Below are positions 60,786 through 64,000 of a DNA stretch of 64,000 nucleotides, one piece after another. Position numbers and translations under genes: made by a program. Under the pieces are notes generated by a model, which saw nothing but the letters and a program-made list of their open reading frames with translations, had not been told where the DNA came from and did not search any database. Origin of the DNA: Squalus acanthias. Its lineage: Eukaryota. The stretch spans positions 122,762,001-122,826,000 of the forward strand of contig CM059431.1 in assembly GCA_030390025.1 (NCBI GenBank). The letters are read 5' to 3'. Positions within the stretch are counted from its first letter, which is position 1. Every line of letters begins with the position of its first letter.

Positions 60786-61961
60786 TTACTGGTATCGCTC
60801 ATCAATAATCTGATCATGTAGAGCCCGGGCAGAAAGGGGCTGTCTACATTCTAGCCTCCCTTCCTCTTCCTGTTCTTCCACTTCCTGTTGCACTTGCTCT
60901 TACTCCTGCTCCTCCTCCTCCTCCTCCTCTTCCTCTTCCTCTTCCTCATGCTCCTGCTCCTCAGCTTATCGCCTGATAGGTGGTGGCAAGGGCAGTTCCC
61001 TCACAATGGCCAGGTTGTGCAGAATGCAGCATACTACCACAAATCTTGATACCCGCTCAGCAGTGGAACCGTTGCTTCAGCAGGCCGCTGGTCTGCTCGA
61101 TGATGTTCCTGGTGGCATCACGGCTCCCATTATATGAGTGTTGGGCAGGCATGTTGGGCTTGCGGAGGGGAGTCATGAGCCAGGGGTAGAGCGTATAGCC
61201 CTGGTCTCCGATCAGCTACCCTCGGGTTTGACGTGGTGGCTGGAAGATTGCTAGCACACCAGACTGATGCTGGCTGAAGGCATCATGACTGCTGCAGAAT
61301 AGTGGGCATTGAACATCAGGATGCGCTGGGCATGGTCGCACAACAACTGCATATTAAGAGAATGGAAGCCTTTGCAGTTACAGAACATTTCAGGATTGTT
61401 ATGCGGCGCCTGCAAAGCCACATGTATAGAGTCAATGGCCCCCTGCACCGTGGGGAAGCCCACTATCCTGGCAAAGCCACATGCACGCTCCTCCTGCTTC
61501 TCTCTGTTCGGAGAGAAGACAATGTAGTCCCTTCTCCTGGTGTAGAGAGCCTCTTTGATGTCCCCGATGCAGTGATGGACGGCGAACTGGGAGATGTTAG
61601 CTAAGTCTCCTGCTGCAGACTGCAAGGATCCGCTGGCGAAGAAATTGAGGGTCAGGGTGATCTTGAGGGCCACTGGGAGAGCTGTGGTCGCCTTGGTCTG
61701 AGGCTGTAGGTCTGGTTGCAGGAGGTGGCAAAGTTCTTTGACCACCTACTTGGTGAAGCGGAGCCTTCTAATACACTGCTCCTTGCTTAAGTGGATAATA
61801 GAGAAGTGCTTTTGGAAGAACCTAGGTGGGTAAGGCCTCTCGTTGAGAGCCCTCCTGGCCTGCTCCTCCTCCCTCTGCACTCATCTTCTCTTCTTCGTTG
61901 CCTCCAATCCCTCTCCCGAAGATACTCGAGCGCGAGGGGGACTGCAAGTAGAGCCCCCCAT
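60786..61961 (-). pseudogene. Harbinger transposase pseudogene (family B), nearly full length
   Basis: ATG at 61961; ELCHLLQPDLQP..LNFFASGS..GFPTVQGAIDSIHV..LIGDQGY..RNIIEQTSGLLKQRF..CCILHNLAI, acidic tail; stop at 60786-60788. Confidence 0.92.
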
Positions 61962-62459
61962 GACTGTGAGCAAGTGTTGTGAGCAGAAGCCTTTAAATGA
62001 GAATGAAGGCGTTCTCCACTTGCACCAACACTTCCTGTCACCTTAGGAATGTGAAACAAGTTTAGAAAGCTGCTAGATTTGCAGAAAGTTACACAGACTA
62101 AATCAAACTGAAAAAACATGTCTGCTGCAAGTTGTTGATCTATAAATAATGCTGCTGGAGGTTCCTTCTTGCTTTTGAATGCTTGGTCAGTTGGTTGTAA
62201 TTAACACAGGCTGGTAAGTGGAGCGGCAAACTCAAAAATGGCAGATCGGGCATCAGGTGATCGTTGCACACTCACTGATGTCACGATCTGCATAATCTAC
62301 ATATCCTCAGCGAGTTTGGACATCGGCAGTGCTACCGCCCAGCCAAAAATAATGGCCACCGCGGGACCCACTGGTAGTGGCCAGTAGTGGGCCGGCTGCC
62401 ATTTCTTTTCCAAAATGGGCCTTAATGGCCAGAGCTAACGCCTCCAATTTCTGGGCCAA

Positions 62460-64000
62460 TTTACCTTCAACCAAGCCATGCTGGCTCTCTCTGATCAGCT
62501 CATATTTTCTCTATTGCTCAATCACTCTATCCTTAATGACAGATTCTAGTACAACTGATGCTAAACTGACAGGCCTGTAGTCACCTGCTTTCTCTCTCCC
62601 ATCCTTCGTAAATTATGGAGTGACATTAGCAATTTTCCACTACTTGGCACAATTTCTGACTCGAGAGCTTTGAAAGATTATTACTAATGCTTTTGCAATT
62701 TCCTCACCTACTTCTTTTAATACCCTAGGGTGGAAACCATCAGGTCTTGGAGATTTATCTATCCTAAGTCCCATTATATTCTCCATTACCATTTATTTTA
62801 CTGAACACGGTAAGTTCCTCTACTTTATTTATTTTTTAGTTTCCTTTCTATGCTCTTCCTCTACTGTGGAAATGGATACAAAGGGGTTAATTTTAACCCC
62901 CAAAAATGGGTGGGTTTGGTCGGGTGGGAAGTTAAAATGTAAAAGAAATTCAGACTCGAACTCAACCCGTCTCAAACCCTCCCACTTCCGTTTTTAACAG
63001 AGGCGGGACAGGGGGCAGGCGACCAACCCGCTGTCAGGAGCCGGGTCACTCCTTTTAAATATTTGAATCAGGCTTTAACGCTGGCCGGCCGTGTTTCCTG
63101 GGCCTCGAGAAACCCGGCAGCTGAAGGGAAGCGAGGGTCGCTGCATGGAACAGGTAAGTGTCTTTCCAGCACTGCTTGTGGGTCAGGGGGAGTAGGAGTA
63201 CCCTCCCCCCCAGCCCACCAAGCTACCTTGTTAACCTCCCCAGCGATTGGACCCTCTGTCCCCCCCGCGATCCGATGTTCTCCACGGCCCGCGACCATGT
63301 CCCTGGCTCCCCCCACCAACCACCCGCCCATGTCCTCCATGGGCCCTCCGCGAACTTCTCCCCTCCTCCCCCAATCTCTCTATGGGCCCCCCGCGATCTT
63401 CTCTCCCTACTCCCCTGATCTCTCCGGGCCCCCATCGATGTACCCCCACCACGCGATCCCCAATTTCTCCTTCCATCCTCTACGCTCCTCGGCTGCAGCC
63501 TGGTGCTTCATGCCTACCATTTAATCTGGCTGGCTGTGGCCGGGAAATGGATTCCAAAAAATGGTAATCACATGCTGCCGTTAAATTCAGCAGGACCTGA
63601 GGTCAACCCGTTCTTCCGGGTTTCCCGACCGCAAAACTGTCCCCAGCTCCTTTTCTGCCTTCCCAGAAATATTGGGGCCAAAGTATTTGTTTAACATATC
63701 TGCCATTACCTTATTATTTATTACTGTATCACCTGTGTCTGTCATTAATAGATCCACATCTCCCTAGCCACTCTCTTTCTCTTAATATATTTTAATAAAA
63801 AATGTTACTATTAGCTTTTATATTACTTGCAAGTTTTTTTTTGTATTCCTTTTTGCAGCTCTTAATATTTTCATTGTGTCCCTTTGTTGTTTTCTATGTT
63901 TCCCCCAGGCCACTGGACGACCACTTTTCTTGGCATTTGTGTAAGTCACTTCTTTTAGCTTTACACTGCGTCTCACCTCACATGTTGACCATGGTTGCTT
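62460..64000 (-). mobile_element. Old CR1 LINE fragment interrupted by a MITE
   Basis: Similar to the CR1 at 54660-55450 (aactgacaggcctgtag, ccatcaggtcttggagatttatc, caaagtatttgtttaac..tgccatt). Confidence 0.7.
62883..63679. mobile_element. Harbinger-type MITE
   Basis: Ends ggggttaatttt / aatattggggcc; AAA TSD at 62880-62882 and 63680-63682; removing it rejoins the CR1 sequence gatacaaa|gtatttg. Confidence 0.8.

Larger units (their letters stand above)
53170..62457. mobile_element. PIF/Harbinger family B element (left end lost), expanded by nested CR1 and L2
   Basis: Myb-like exon 2/intron 2 at 53170-53399 continuing at 57981; exon 3; convergent transposase; right end aatttctgggcc|aat. Confidence 0.85.

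Noticed and set aside
63063..63567. Overlapping Pro/Gly-rich ORFs
   Set aside because: GC-rich low-complexity MITE interior with few stop codons.

Overview
Eukaryotic, repeat-dominated vertebrate DNA, most likely intergenic or intronic sequence from a cartilaginous fish (shark). The assignment rests on an HE1/V-SINE, SacSINE1-type DeuSINEs, and CR1 and Penelope families resembling those of elasmobranchs. I found no intact host protein-coding gene, RNA gene or CRISPR array. The dominant signal is a dense set of PIF/Harbinger DNA transposons: about 7 DDE-transposase pseudogenes or remnants, 4-6 copies of a spliced three-exon Myb/SANT-like partner gene, and about 10 non-autonomous derivatives/MITEs sharing a ~12-bp GGSNNNRAAATT terminus and 3-bp TSDs. 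These are nested with CR1 LINEs (one full-length, with an esterase ORF1 and a tandem-monomer 5' end), L2 LINEs, a second LINE family, a Penelope-like element, a hAT MITE, a solo-LTR-like insert and SINEs. The best candidates for something undescribed are the reconstructable two-component Harbinger system (candidate TTAGCGCC Myb-binding arrays, a conserved CRE-like+TATA promoter module, relaxed TSDs) and the monomer-array CR1 promoter. Family names come from pattern recognition, not database searches. Boundaries without TSD support are approximate.
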